A stretch of 64,000 bases of DNA. Origin: Chloroflexota bacterium (lineage in GTDB: Bacteria > Chloroflexota > UBA11872 > VXOZ01). The number at the start of each line of letters is the position of its first letter. Within the stretch, counting starts at the first letter, position 1. The position numbers and the translations under genes were made by a program. This document shows, piece by piece, positions 10,356 through 20,519 of this stretch. Under the pieces are notes generated by a model. It saw only the letters and a program-made list of their open reading frames with translations. It did no database searches and was not told the origin of the DNA. The stretch lies in assembly GCA_963663275.1 (NCBI GenBank), contig OY760183.1:1952001-2016000 (forward strand), read 5' to 3'.

Positions 10356-11132
10356 CTACTCCTGCTCGTGATGCCGGCGCATTTCGTCAAGCTGCTCCAT
10401 CGTCTCCATGATGTAATCGGCCTGCCGCTCCACTCCCTGGCGCGTGCGTTCTTCGCCGGCTTCTCGACTCGCCTTCGTGGGAAATCCCCAAACGCCGCTT
10501 GGCGTGTAGTACTCCGTGGGGATCATGTCCACGAACTCCGACCCCAGGTCGGGTGATGAATCGACCACTTTCTCGGTGCGCATCAAATCCGGGTAGGCGT
10601 ACATGAGGCGCGAGGTCTCGCTCTCGCCGGAGTGCCGATCCTTGCCGGGCCCGGAACCGCCGGCGCCGACGGGCGCGCCCCACATCACCAGGAAGTCCGG
10701 GTCCCACATGTTCAGTTCGCGAATGGTGGGCTTGAGAATCCAGTTGCCGCCGTGGGAACTGGTGACGATCATGCGCTTGAACCCTTGGCGTTTCAGGCAG
10801 GCCACGGTGTCCTCGAGGATGGCGGCTACGGTGGCGGGCTTGAGGCTCAGCGTGCCCTTGTAGTTGAGGAATTCGCTGGAGGTGCCGATGGGAATCGGCG
10901 GCAGAAGGTAGACGATCAAGCCGCGCTTCGCCAGTTCACGCGCCAGCAGGCGGCTGCCGGAGAGGCCCAGCAGCCAATCGGTGCCCAGCGGCATGTGGTA
11001 CGAGTGCTGCTCGATAGCGCCGATGCAGAAGAGCGCCGTGTCGCAGCCGCTCTCTTGCACTTCCTCGAACGTAGACGCCCAACTCAAGAACTCTTCATCC
11101 TGCAAGTCGTCGAACCAGTGATGTTCGCTCAT
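10356..11132 (-). CDS. Creatininase/mycofactocin-peptidase family amidohydrolase
   Basis: GAIEQHSYHMPLGTD, SHGGN, HSGESETS, GVWG. SD GAGG before MSEHH. Confidence 0.9.
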   Translation of the reverse strand: MSEHHWFDDLQDEEFLSWASTFEEVQESGCDTALFCIGAIEQHSYHMPLGTDWLLGLSGSRLLARELAKRGLIVYLLPPIPIGTSSEFLNYKGTLSLKPATVAAILEDTVACLKRQGFKRMIVTSSHGGNWILKPTIRELNMWDPDFLVMWGAPVGAGGSGPGKDRHSGESETSRLMYAYPDLMRTEKVVDSSPDLGSEFVDMIPTEYYTPSGVWGFPTKASREAGEERTRQGVERQADYIMETMEQLDEMRRHHEQE

Positions 11133-11148
11133 CGATACCTCTTTCGCT

Positions 11149-12192
11149 CTATGAACCGCCGAACTGAACCGGTATGGATACGCCCTGGAACTCTCCATCC
11201 TGCGCGCTGAATTCGCCGACGAGCAGCGTGCCCACGCCCGTAAGCGGCGGAATCTCCAGCACGGTCGAGAAGTAGCCCCACGTCTCGATGTAGTCGGTGG
11301 ACGTGGCAACGGCGCGGGCAACCTCATTGCCGTCGCCGTCCTGCAAAATGAACACGTTGTTCGCCTCGAAGTGCCGGGAATACCCGGTAATCGTCAAGGA
11401 GCCGTGGACGGTTGCGCCGGGCCGCGGCGTGATGAGCACCGTGTTCTTGGCGGTCGCCGGAAGCACGTGTGTTTCCGGACCGTTGGGCGCGACGTCGACC
11501 ACCAGCCGCTGCGGATCGCGCAGTTCCAGCACGCGCACCTGGTAAGCGCCCGGGATGAAGATGTCCAGGAACAGGCTGCCATCCGGCGCGCGGACGACGT
11601 ACACGTGCGTGAACCGCGCGAACGTGTCCGGCATGAGCGCATCGGTGACCGCGGTTTCCGTTACCGTGGGGAGATGCACCCGCACCACTCCGTGCCCGTC
11701 CGACTTCTCGATCAGCCAGTGCGGCGCCGCGTTGGCGGTCTCTTGGCCCATCGCGAAGTCAATGACCAGGCGCTCGAAGCCAGGATGATGTCCGAACCGG
11801 ATCTCCGCGATGCCGGCGGCCGGCGCGTCGCCCACGTCTGTCATCGCGGTCGCGCCATCCATTTCCGCGCCGGCTTGGGTCTCGCCCGACGTGGACGCCG
11901 GGGTTGCCTGCGCGGCGGTGATCACTTTATCAGACCGCGGCGGCTCGTCTTCGTCAGCCGCGGCGCAGGCGCTCAGCAGCAGGGCGAGCGTTAGCGCCGC
12001 GAGACCGGCAAAAATCCACGAACCGGCGCTCGTCCACAGTGACGCTCCCTTGCCGGGCGCATGTACGCGGGAGCGGCGACTGTCGTCATTCCCGCGAATG
12101 CGGGCGCCGACTGCCTGTGGTGAAGGTTGGTCTTCGCTTTCGCGGCGGTTCCGGTTGAGAGGCCGGTCGTTGTGCGGCCCAGTAGCGTTCAT
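11149..12192 (-). CDS. Lipoprotein with AMIN-like and Gmad2 Ig-like domains
   Basis: Lipobox LSAC, IRFGHHPGFERLVIDF, and a C-terminal TPRPGATV..TGYSRHFEAN..WGYF..SAQDG. The start codon is uncertain. Confidence 0.7.
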   Translation of the reverse strand: MNATGPHNDRPLNRNRRESEDQPSPQAVGARIRGNDDSRRSRVHAPGKGASLWTSAGSWIFAGLAALTLALLLSACAAADEDEPPRSDKVITAAQATPASTSGETQAGAEMDGATAMTDVGDAPAAGIAEIRFGHHPGFERLVIDFAMGQETANAAPHWLIEKSDGHGVVRVHLPTVTETAVTDALMPDTFARFTHVYVVRAPDGSLFLDIFIPGAYQVRVLELRDPQRLVVDVAPNGPETHVLPATAKNTVLITPRPGATVHGSLTITGYSRHFEANNVFILQDGDGNEVARAVATSTDYIETWGYFSTVLEIPPLTGVGTLLVGEFSAQDGEFQGVSIPVQFGGS

Positions 12193-12193
12193 C

Positions 12194-13375
12194 TCATCCC
12201 TCCTCGGGACGCGGCCCGAACCAGCTTCGTACCGGCCGGCCCGCTTGGTTGTACACCTCACCGGCGCGGACGGTGTAGGTGGCCGCGAGGCGCCGGTCGC
12301 CGGTGAGTTCTTCGTCCTCGGCGTCTCGCATCAGATACGGCCCGGTTTCTATGCGCAGCGCCGCGACGTCGGCAACGCCGCCCACGCGCAGGTGGCCCAA
12401 AGAGTCGGAACGGCCAATGGCGGCCGCGGCGTTCTTGGTCGTCCGCGCCACCACGTCGGGCACGTCCCGGCCCAGGAAGAGGAACTTCGACATCACGTCG
12501 GGCAGGCTGCGCGCGGTGAAGTGGGACGAATAAGCGTGGAGGTCGGTACTGATGGTGTCCGGCAGGAAGCCGTCGTCCAGCGCCGCCCGCGCCACGGCAA
12601 AGGAAAAACTGCCCTGCCCGTGGCCCACGTCGAAGGCAATGCCGCTCTGCTGCGCCGCGCGCACTTCCGGCAGCACCGTGCGGCGCTGTTGATCCAGAAT
12701 CAGCTTGCCGCGTCCCGTGAAGCAGTGGGTGATGATGTCGCCGGGCTTGAGGTACGCGAGAATCTCCGCCACCGGCTGTTCGCAATCCGAAATATGCACC
12801 ATCATGCGGGTGTTGGTGGCGTCGCGCACTGCCGCGGCGCGGCGCAAGGGTTCCAGGCCGTTCGGCCCGCAGATTTTTTCCGCCACCCGCACCTTCACGC
12901 CGAGCGCCACGTCGCGGTTGGCCTCGATGGCCGTGATCGCGTCTTCCACGCCGCAGTAGGCCAGGTTGAGGTTTTCGCCAACGCGCATGTCGGTGATGCC
13001 AATGCTGGAGATATTGACGAAGGCGAAGACGCGCGTGCGCGCCTGGCCGATGATGAAGTGGCGGAAGCCGGTGAAATTGGCCCAGCCCGCGCTGCCGGCG
13101 TCCGCCGCCGTGGTGACGCCGGCGGGCAGGCAGGTGGCGTCCGGCAGCACGCCAAGATCGGCGCCGCCCCAGTAGAGGTGCGTGTGCAGATCGATGAGGC
13201 CGGGCGTGACGAAGTGACCGGCAACGTCGAGGGCGAGCGCGGCGTCGCCGGTTGGAATATCCGCTTCCAAAGCGGCGATGCGCCCATGCTTCACGCCGAC
13301 GTCCAGCGGGGCGTCGATGCCCTGCGCCGGGTCGAGGACGCGCCCTCCCTTCAGCACCACGTCGAAGGTTGCCAT
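12194..13375 (-). CDS. Dihydroorotase-like amidohydrolase/deacetylase family metallohydrolase
   Basis: PGLIDLHTH, GVTT..DAGSAG, GVKVR, THCF, DVGHG, ISTDLH. Confidence 0.9.
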   Translation of the reverse strand: MATFDVVLKGGRVLDPAQGIDAPLDVGVKHGRIAALEADIPTGDAALALDVAGHFVTPGLIDLHTHLYWGGADLGVLPDATCLPAGVTTAADAGSAGWANFTGFRHFIIGQARTRVFAFVNISSIGITDMRVGENLNLAYCGVEDAITAIEANRDVALGVKVRVAEKICGPNGLEPLRRAAAVRDATNTRMMVHISDCEQPVAEILAYLKPGDIITHCFTGRGKLILDQQRRTVLPEVRAAQQSGIAFDVGHGQGSFSFAVARAALDDGFLPDTISTDLHAYSSHFTARSLPDVMSKFLFLGRDVPDVVARTTKNAAAAIGRSDSLGHLRVGGVADVAALRIETGPYLMRDAEDEELTGDRRLAATYTVRAGEVYNQAGRPVRSWFGPRPEEG

Positions 13376-13503
13376 TACGTTTTCTGCTTTCTGATTTGAT
13401 TGCGACCTGTCGTGAACGGACTGATGGGAATCATGGTAGGCTGTGCGTGGTTACTCGTCAATGCGGGCTGTCCCGGCGAGCCGGAGTCTGAGAAGGACGC
13501 GCC

Positions 13504-14664
13504 ATGAAGATCACCGACGTCAAGACCACCGCCGTGCGCGTGCCGCTCAGCGAGCCGGTGAAGTGGTCGGGCGGCACCCGGGGCACGGCCCCGGCGCTGG
13601 TGGTGGAGATCGAGACCGACGCCGGCGTCGTCGGTCTGGGCGAGTGCGCCGGGCCGCACATTCCCGTCATCCGCGCCGCCGTGGACGCCGAACTGCGGCC
13701 GCTGCTGATCGGCCAAGACCCGCTGCGCACCGAGTTTCTGCTCCACCGCATGGACGAGCACGTCATCCACTGGTTCCGCACCGGCAATCACGCCATTGCC
13801 GGCCTGGAAATGGCGCTCCTTGACATAAAAGCCAAGCACTTTGGCGCCAGCGTCTGCGACCTGCTGGGCGGCCGCTACCGGGACGCCGTGGAGTACATGG
13901 GTTACCTCTTCATCGACACGCCGGAACGGAACGCGGCCAAGGCCAAGGCGTACGTTGACCAGGGATTCCGCACGCTGAAGGTAAAGGTCGGGCGCAGCAT
14001 CGCGCAGGACGCGGACAGCATCGCCGCCATCCGGGAAGCCGTGGGGCCGGACGTGCGCATCCGCATCGACGCCAACCAGGGCTGGAGCGTGCCGACGGCC
14101 ATCAAGGCCATTCGCGCCATGGAACCGTACGGCCTGGAATACGTGGAGCAGCCGGTGACGGAGCGGGATTTTGACGGCATGGCGCAAGTGGCCCGCGCCG
14201 TCGAGACGCCAATCGCCGCCGATGAAAGCTGCAAGACCGTGCTCGACGCGCTGCAACTGGCGGAGAAACAGGCGTGCGGCGTGTTCGTCATCTACGTGTC
14301 GGAGGCCGGCGGCTTGCTCAAGTCGCGGCAGATCGCCGACGTGGCCTACCAGTATGGCATCACCTGCGCGCTGGGCACCTGGGCCGAACTCGGCATCGGC
14401 ACGCTGGCGGGGGCGCACCTCATCGCCAGCCACCGCAGTTTCGCGCTCGCCAACGACACCCACTACCCGATTCAGGAAGACGACGTGATCGCCCCGCTCC
14501 TGGAATTCGAAGGCGCAATGCTTCCCGTGCCGGATTCGCCCGGTCTGGGCGCAACGCTCGACCGGGAGAAGCTGGGGCGCTATGCGCGCTTTCCGGCCCG
14601 CGAGACCGTGCACGGCGACCCGGAAAGCCCGGAGACGATCCTGCGCCGCGGGCAAATCCTCTGA
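13504..14664 (+). CDS. Mandelate racemase/muconate lactonizing enzyme family protein
   Basis: AIAGLEMALLDI, LKVKVG, RIDANQ, EQP, ADES. Confidence 0.9.
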   Translation: MKITDVKTTAVRVPLSEPVKWSGGTRGTAPALVVEIETDAGVVGLGECAGPHIPVIRAAVDAELRPLLIGQDPLRTEFLLHRMDEHVIHWFRTGNHAIAGLEMALLDIKAKHFGASVCDLLGGRYRDAVEYMGYLFIDTPERNAAKAKAYVDQGFRTLKVKVGRSIAQDADSIAAIREAVGPDVRIRIDANQGWSVPTAIKAIRAMEPYGLEYVEQPVTERDFDGMAQVARAVETPIAADESCKTVLDALQLAEKQACGVFVIYVSEAGGLLKSRQIADVAYQYGITCALGTWAELGIGTLAGAHLIASHRSFALANDTHYPIQEDDVIAPLLEFEGAMLPVPDSPGLGATLDREKLGRYARFPARETVHGDPESPETILRRGQIL

Positions 14665-14747
14665 AAGCCGGTTGACGCAAGAACCCATTAACGTAAGAAC
14701 CGGCTAACGATCAATCTTGCTTGATGATCAATTGGTCTTTGCGAAAA

Positions 14748-14836
14748 CCGTTCGCCTTGAGCTTGTCGAAGGGTGAACGGGACCGCCGCGAAGTTGGAAT
14801 CAGCCGTTCATGCTTCGACAGGCTCAGCACGAACGG
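14748..14836. repeat. Inverted pair of CCGTTCG..TGAGCTTGTCGAAG..GAACGG palindromic repeats
   Basis: Copies at 14748-14780 and inverted at 14804-14836. The same family occurs at 1752, 32487, 32544, 37856 and 47666. Confidence 0.8.
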
Positions 14837-14952
14837 TCTCTAGCGGCCTTGCAGACCCCCATGAGCAGCCACGAACAGGCTCTGGGTATAACGACCTATG
14901 CGCTAGGGCTAGAGCAAGGGCAGCGTGTGGCGGCGAATTGGCAAGATGTGGT

Positions 14953-15855
14953 TCACGCGCCGTACCAGGCGAGTTGATGCTGCACGCTCGACCACGGTTC
15001 CCAGGCCTCGACGCGAATGCGGCGCATCGTGTAGAGCGTCTCCGCCGATTGGTGCACGCCGGGTCCGATCGTGACGGCAGCCTCGTAGCCGGCCTCCTGC
15101 ACCACCTGCCGGATCCGCGCGTTCTGGCGGCCAAGGGGATAGTCGAAGTAGCGGGGCGTCTGGCCGAGCCGCTCCTCCAGGAGTTGCTTCGATATTACGA
15201 CTTCCGCCAGCACCGCGCCCCAGTCCTTCTTCGCCAGCCAGGGCAGGTCGGCGTGGTTGAGGGTGTGCGACTCCACGTTCAGGCCGGCCTCCGCGATGGC
15301 GCCGAGTTGGTCCCAGTCCATGTACCCCTCTTGCCGTTCATGAAAGCCCGGCATCACGAAGAACGTCCCCGGTATCTTGTAGTCCCTGAGCACGGGAAAG
15401 ACCCCGTTGAACTGGACGTTCCAGCCGTCGTCGAAGGTGAGCACAAGCGGCTTCGCCGGCAGTTCCCACTCTCCGCGCAGTCCCATTAGCGCGTCGTGCA
15501 TGGAGAGCGGCGTGTAGCCGGCCCTGATCATGCCCAGCAGTTGCGCTTCGAAGAGGCGCGCCAAGGTGGCGCGGTGGTACATGAGGATGGGCAAGACCAC
15601 CGCATTGGCCGGCAGCGGCGGTTCGTACTGGTACGGCGGCTGCCAAACTTTGGGCGGCTCTTTCTTCTGGGGCGCTGGCGCGGCCGCGGGTTTCACGCCC
15701 AGGCCCAGGAACGGGTCTTCATTACCGCTTGGGGTTTCGGGAGGCGCGGGGAGCAGACGGGCCATGGGTATGGCCGCCGCGCCGCCAAAGAGCTGCTTGA
15801 GGGTCTGGCGGCGAGTTGCGCCGCCTGGCTTTCGCCGTCTTCGAGGTTGGCTCAT
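14953..15855 (-). CDS. Polysaccharide deacetylase (NodB/IcaB-like) with twin-arginine signal
   Basis: TRRQTLK signal, ILMYH, LTFDDG, SHTLNH, YPLG. Confidence 0.88.
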   Translation of the reverse strand: MSQPRRRRKPGGATRRQTLKQLFGGAAAIPMARLLPAPPETPSGNEDPFLGLGVKPAAAPAPQKKEPPKVWQPPYQYEPPLPANAVVLPILMYHRATLARLFEAQLLGMIRAGYTPLSMHDALMGLRGEWELPAKPLVLTFDDGWNVQFNGVFPVLRDYKIPGTFFVMPGFHERQEGYMDWDQLGAIAEAGLNVESHTLNHADLPWLAKKDWGAVLAEVVISKQLLEERLGQTPRYFDYPLGRQNARIRQVVQEAGYEAAVTIGPGVHQSAETLYTMRRIRVEAWEPWSSVQHQLAWYGA

Positions 15856-16055
15856 TTGGGCGCGCTCCGTCCCTCCGGCGTTCCGCAGCCTCTTTGTCAA
15901 CGCGATACTCTAACAGTACCATATCGTGCGATTTGCCCGGGCAAAGGACGTTAGTTCCGCGCCAGGGGATTTCTCCGTTTGAGGGTGGAGCGCGGATGGC
16001 GGTTTTCGTGGGGTCTTGCGAGAGCGGACGGCGCCCGCGCCCTGCTCCCGCGCCG

Positions 16056-16190
16056 GCGCAGGTTACAAACGTGCGCTACATGAGGGACGTTGCGACTCCT
16101 TGCTACCGGCGCAGGTTACAAACCTGCGCTACCGGAGAGGGGTTGCGAACCTGAGATACCGGTTGCAGGTTACAATCCTGCCCTACCGGA
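16056..16190. repeat. Tandem degenerate GTAG-type REP array (about 5 units of 26-27 bp)
   Basis: GCAGGTTACAAACCTGCGCTACCGG and its variants lie in the divergent promoter region. Confidence 0.75.
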
Positions 16191-16354
16191 GAACAGAAGC
16201 GCGGCGCCGCGCTCGCGCTGGCGCTTGTAATCGGCTTTGCCTTGACCGTACCGTCCTGATTTCAGGTAAGATTGATACAAGGGACGGCAGACCGGCTGGC
16301 CGCGGGGCGGTCGAACGTTCGGGCGCGGCGCCGGTGACGCGGGAGGAGGTCTCA

Positions 16355-18907
16355 ATGCTCCAGGCTGTGCGGCGATCCACCTTGCGCGCGCGCCTGCGTC
16401 TGCGGGCGCGGCGGCCGTTCTTACTTGGGCTTGTCCTTATCACCGGCGGCATACTGGCGGGCGCTTGCGGCGCGCAAGCCGCGCCGGGCGGCAACGTCGT
16501 AAGCGACGCGGACTATGCCGCCTGCCTTGAAAAGATCCGGGGTCAGGCGCTGCCGGCCACGAGCTACATCTACGACCGCCACGGCACATTGCTCGCCACC
16601 ATCTCCGACCCGGACGAAGGTTTGCGCATCGTTCTCGCCGTCGAGGACATCCCGCCGCTGGTCAAGCAGGCTACCGTCGCCGCCGAAGATCGTTTCTTCT
16701 ACCAGCATCCCGGCTACGACGTGCGGGCCATATCGCGGGCGTTCGTGCAGAACCAGCAGGCCGGGGAAGTGGTCTCCGGCGGCAGCACCATCACCCAGCA
16801 ACTGGTCAAGAGCATCTGCCTCACGCCGGAACAGACGTATGAGCGCAAGCTGAAGGAAGTAAACCTCGCGGCGCGCCTCACCGCCCAGTTCAGCCGCGAG
16901 TCGATCCTCGCCTTCTATCTCAACAAGGTCTACTACGGCAGCCAGGCTTACGGCATCGAGGCCGCGGCCAGGGTCTACTTTGGCAAGAGCGCGGCAGAAC
17001 TTGCGCTGCCGGAAGCGGCGATGCTGGCCGGGCTGACCGCCTCGCCCTCCCGGGACAATCCCTACACCAACCTGGACCGGGCCAAGTACCGCCAGCGGTA
17101 CGTCCTGGAACAGATGGTCGTGGCCGGCTACATCACTCCGGCAGAGATGGAGCGGGCATCTGAGCAGCCGCTGGCGTTCGAGCGTGTGCCGGCGCCGGCC
17201 GCGGCGGAAGACGAAGGGGCGGCGGAGGGGGTCTTGGCGCCGCACTTCGTGCAATACGTCCGCGATCAACTGGCGGCCCAGTACGGCCCGGAACGGGTGC
17301 GCGCGGGCGGCCTGCACGTCTATACCACGCTCGACCTGAACTTGCAGACCCAGGCCGAAGAGATTGCGCGGGAGCACATCGCCTCACTGGCGGGATTTAA
17401 CGTCACGAACGCCGCCGTGGTGGCGCTGCTGCCCAATAGCGGCGAGATTCTCACCATGGTGGGCAGCCTGGACTTTCACGATGAAGAGATCGACGGCCAG
17501 GTGAACGTGGCGCTGGCGCCACGCCAGCCGGGCTCGGCCCTGAAGCCGCTCTTCTACGCCGCCGCCTTTGCCAAAGGCTGGACGCCCGCCACCACGATTT
17601 GGGACATTCCCCTGACTCTTGAGATCGAGGGCGAGCCCGACTATAGGCCGCGAAACTTCAGCGGTGAGTTCCGGGGACCGGTTACCGCGCGCCACGCCTT
17701 GGCCAATTCATTCAACGTGGCCGCCGTGCGCATGGGCCTCTTTCTCGGTCTGGATACGGCCATCGACACCATGCAGAGCCTGGGCATGACCACGTTCGAG
17801 AACCGCAGCCGCTTTGGGCCCAGCATCGTGCTGGGCGGCGGCGAGGTAAAGCTGCTGGAGTTGACCAACGCCTACGCGGCGCTGGCGCGCGGCGGCAGTT
17901 ACGTTCCGGTGACGGCTATTCGCCGCGTGGTCGATACGCATGGCAACGTGCTGCAAGGCTACGAATTGCCGGTGGCGGAGGAGGTTTTCGATCCACGCAT
18001 CGCGTACCAGATCACCAGCATCCTCTCGGACAGGGTGACCCGCGCCGCGGAGTTTGGGCCGTACACGCCGCTGGACCTCTCCCGCCCCGCCGCGGCGAAG
18101 ACGGGCACCACCGACGACAACCGCGACGGCTGGACGGTTGGGTACACGCCGCAACTCGTAACCGGCGTGTGGGTGGGCAACGCCGACGGCACGCCGACGT
18201 GGTATCTCACCGGCATGCGCGGCGCCACGCCCATCTGGAACGCGTTCATGGAGGCGGCGCACGCGGACCTGCGGGTCGTGGACTTCGTGAGGCCGATCGG
18301 GTTGGTGGAGGTGGAAGTCTGCGCGCGCACGGGCATGTTGCCGACGCCCCATTGCGGCCCGACCCGCGCGGAAGTCTTCCTGGAAGAGAATCCGCCGCGC
18401 CTGGTAGACGACATCTTCGTGCCGTTCCGGGTGCACAAGGGAACCGGCCTGCGCGCCGGCCCCAACGTGCCGGAATCGCAGATCGAGGTAAAGGTATTCA
18501 TGGTTGTGCCGGAAGAGGCGGAAGAGTGGGCCGCGCAAGAGGAAGTGGCGCTCGCCCCCACGGAGGAATACAACGCTCCGCCGGACGACCCGGTTATCAT
18601 CGTCTACCCCCGCGAGGGCGATACGGTGCGCAGCATCCTGGAAATTCGCGGCAATGCGTACTTCCCCGGTTTCCATTCGTATGAGGTCGCGTACGCCGGG
18701 AGGGAAAACCCGGACCTCTGGGTGCGCATCCACGCCTCCACCCAGCCGCGAGCGAACGCCGTGCTTGCCGCCTGGGATACGGCGCAAAATCCGGACGGCG
18801 TGTACATGGTGCGCCTGACGGCGTTTGACGACGCCGGCCAGCACCGCACCCAAACCGTGACGTTCGCGGTGCAGAATGGCAATGTGGCGGAGGAGAGCGC
18901 GCCGTAG
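16355..18907 (+). CDS. Class A penicillin-binding protein (PBP1A family) with C-terminal Cys motif and Ig-like domain
   Basis: AAEDRFF, GGSTITQQLVK, RKLKE, SxxK (GSALKP), SxN (SFN), KTGT. SD GGAGGAGG before ATG 16355. Confidence 0.95.
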   Translation: MLQAVRRSTLRARLRLRARRPFLLGLVLITGGILAGACGAQAAPGGNVVSDADYAACLEKIRGQALPATSYIYDRHGTLLATISDPDEGLRIVLAVEDIPPLVKQATVAAEDRFFYQHPGYDVRAISRAFVQNQQAGEVVSGGSTITQQLVKSICLTPEQTYERKLKEVNLAARLTAQFSRESILAFYLNKVYYGSQAYGIEAAARVYFGKSAAELALPEAAMLAGLTASPSRDNPYTNLDRAKYRQRYVLEQMVVAGYITPAEMERASEQPLAFERVPAPAAAEDEGAAEGVLAPHFVQYVRDQLAAQYGPERVRAGGLHVYTTLDLNLQTQAEEIAREHIASLAGFNVTNAAVVALLPNSGEILTMVGSLDFHDEEIDGQVNVALAPRQPGSALKPLFYAAAFAKGWTPATTIWDIPLTLEIEGEPDYRPRNFSGEFRGPVTARHALANSFNVAAVRMGLFLGLDTAIDTMQSLGMTTFENRSRFGPSIVLGGGEVKLLELTNAYAALARGGSYVPVTAIRRVVDTHGNVLQGYELPVAEEVFDPRIAYQITSILSDRVTRAAEFGPYTPLDLSRPAAAKTGTTDDNRDGWTVGYTPQLVTGVWVGNADGTPTWYLTGMRGATPIWNAFMEAAHADLRVVDFVRPIGLVEVEVCARTGMLPTPHCGPTRAEVFLEENPPRLVDDIFVPFRVHKGTGLRAGPNVPESQIEVKVFMVVPEEAEEWAAQEEVALAPTEEYNAPPDDPVIIVYPREGDTVRSILEIRGNAYFPGFHSYEVAYAGRENPDLWVRIHASTQPRANAVLAAWDTAQNPDGVYMVRLTAFDDAGQHRTQTVTFAVQNGNVAEESAP

Positions 18908-19127
18908 GCGGAAGTTTTCCCGGCGGCTTGCTATACTAAGGGAGACTATTCGCCGCAGCGGATAGTGGTCTACATTCTTGACATAACCAAAGTAACGATA
19001 GCGACAGTCTCTGTTCCAACCGGAGCGGGCGCGGCCATGATTGCCGGCGGCATTGCTTCGGAATTGGGAGCGCGTTCGAGGGCGGCGCAGACGCCGCCCG
19101 TCTCAGTGAAGGGAGAGCGGCCTCGTC

Positions 19128-20291
19128 ATGTCTACTAAGCGGACTTCGTCCGCAGTTATCCCCGGCCTTGAAGGTGTCGCCGCGGCGGAGACGCGGCTCA
19201 GCTACGTGGACGGTCTCGCGGGTGAACTGACAATTGGCGGGCACCCACTGATAGAACTTGCGCCTAACGCGACCTTCGAGGAGGCCGCGTTTCTCTTGTG
19301 GCACGATCGCCTGCCGGACGGGCAAGAACTTGCGGCGCTAAAGTCACGTTTTCAGGGCGGACAAGAACTGCCGCGCACCACCCGGCACGTGCTGGAAGCC
19401 GCCGCCGCCAGGAACGCTCCGGTTATCGACGCGCTGCGTATGGCGTGCGCTACCCTTTCACTGGGCGACCCGGACCCCGACGACATTACGCCGGACGGCC
19501 AACTGCGCCGGGCGGAGAAGATCTGCGCGGCATTTCCCGTGATTGTGGCGAACTACGTGCGCATCAGAGAAGGCAAGAGCGTGGTTGCGCCCCGGGATGA
19601 ATTCGGCCACGCCGCCAATTATCTGTATATGCTGACCGGCGATGAACCCCACGCCGACTTCGTGCGCGCCATGGATACCTACCTGGTGACGGCCATGGAC
19701 CACGGCATGAACGCCTCGACCTTTACGGGCAGGGTGATCGTCTCAACCGAATCGGACCTCTACTCCGCCATTACCGGCTCGATCGGCGCTTTGAAGGGGC
19801 CGGCCCACGGCGGCGCGCCCGGCCCGGCGCTGGACATGGTGTTCGAAATTGGCACGGCGGACAAGGCCGACGCGAACATTCGCGAGCGCCTGGACCGCGG
19901 CGAGCGCCTGATGGGTTTCGGCCACCGGGTTTACAAGGTGCGGGATCCCCGCGCCGACGTGCTCTCGCAGGCGGCGGAACGCCTCTACGACCAGGCCGGT
20001 GACCGCAGCCTCTACGACCTGGCCCGCGCGGTGGAGGAGACGGCGCTGCGCCTGCTGGAGGAATACAAGCCGGGCCGCAACTTGCAGACCAACCTGGAGT
20101 ACTATACGGCCCTGGTGCTGCACGGCGTCGGCCTCTCCGCCGAACTCTTTACGCCTACTTTTGCCGTGGGCCGCGTGGGCGGCTGGTCGGCCCACTGCCT
20201 GGAGCAACTGGCGCACAACCGGCTCATCCGCCCTTCATCGGTTTATACCGGCCCCACAGACCGCCGGTGGACGCCGCTGGAGCGGCGCTAG
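19128..20291 (+). CDS. Citrate synthase / methylcitrate synthase family
   Basis: GLEGV, DHGMNASTF, HGGA, MGFGHRVYK, TNLEYY. Confidence 0.93.
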   Translation: MSTKRTSSAVIPGLEGVAAAETRLSYVDGLAGELTIGGHPLIELAPNATFEEAAFLLWHDRLPDGQELAALKSRFQGGQELPRTTRHVLEAAAARNAPVIDALRMACATLSLGDPDPDDITPDGQLRRAEKICAAFPVIVANYVRIREGKSVVAPRDEFGHAANYLYMLTGDEPHADFVRAMDTYLVTAMDHGMNASTFTGRVIVSTESDLYSAITGSIGALKGPAHGGAPGPALDMVFEIGTADKADANIRERLDRGERLMGFGHRVYKVRDPRADVLSQAAERLYDQAGDRSLYDLARAVEETALRLLEEYKPGRNLQTNLEYYTALVLHGVGLSAELFTPTFAVGRVGGWSAHCLEQLAHNRLIRPSSVYTGPTDRRWTPLERR

Positions 20292-20519
20292 CGCCCGCGC
20301 TCACCCAACCTGCCGGACAGCAGCACCCGCCGCGCCGCCTTGCATGCAAGCGCGTCAAGGGGAGGGCTGTGTGTCACTTTGTTTGCTTGACACAAGTCGT
20401 ACTTCCTTGCAATCTATAGGGCAGCAGTAAGGTTCACTGGCTGAGAGCGATGGAAAGTATGGGACTTTCCCGCCTTAGCGCGAACCTCAGCGAAGCAGCA
20501 CAGAGAGGAGCATTTTCTC

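Noticed and set aside
14678-14735. Two 16-bp direct repeats and an ATCAA/TTGAT dyad
   Set aside because: They lie between convergent genes with no downstream target and are too short to support a call.
20085-20110. Citrate synthase catalytic Asp replaced by Glu (NLEYY)
   Set aside because: This is a known feature of the CitA-like subfamily (NVEF), so it is not novel.
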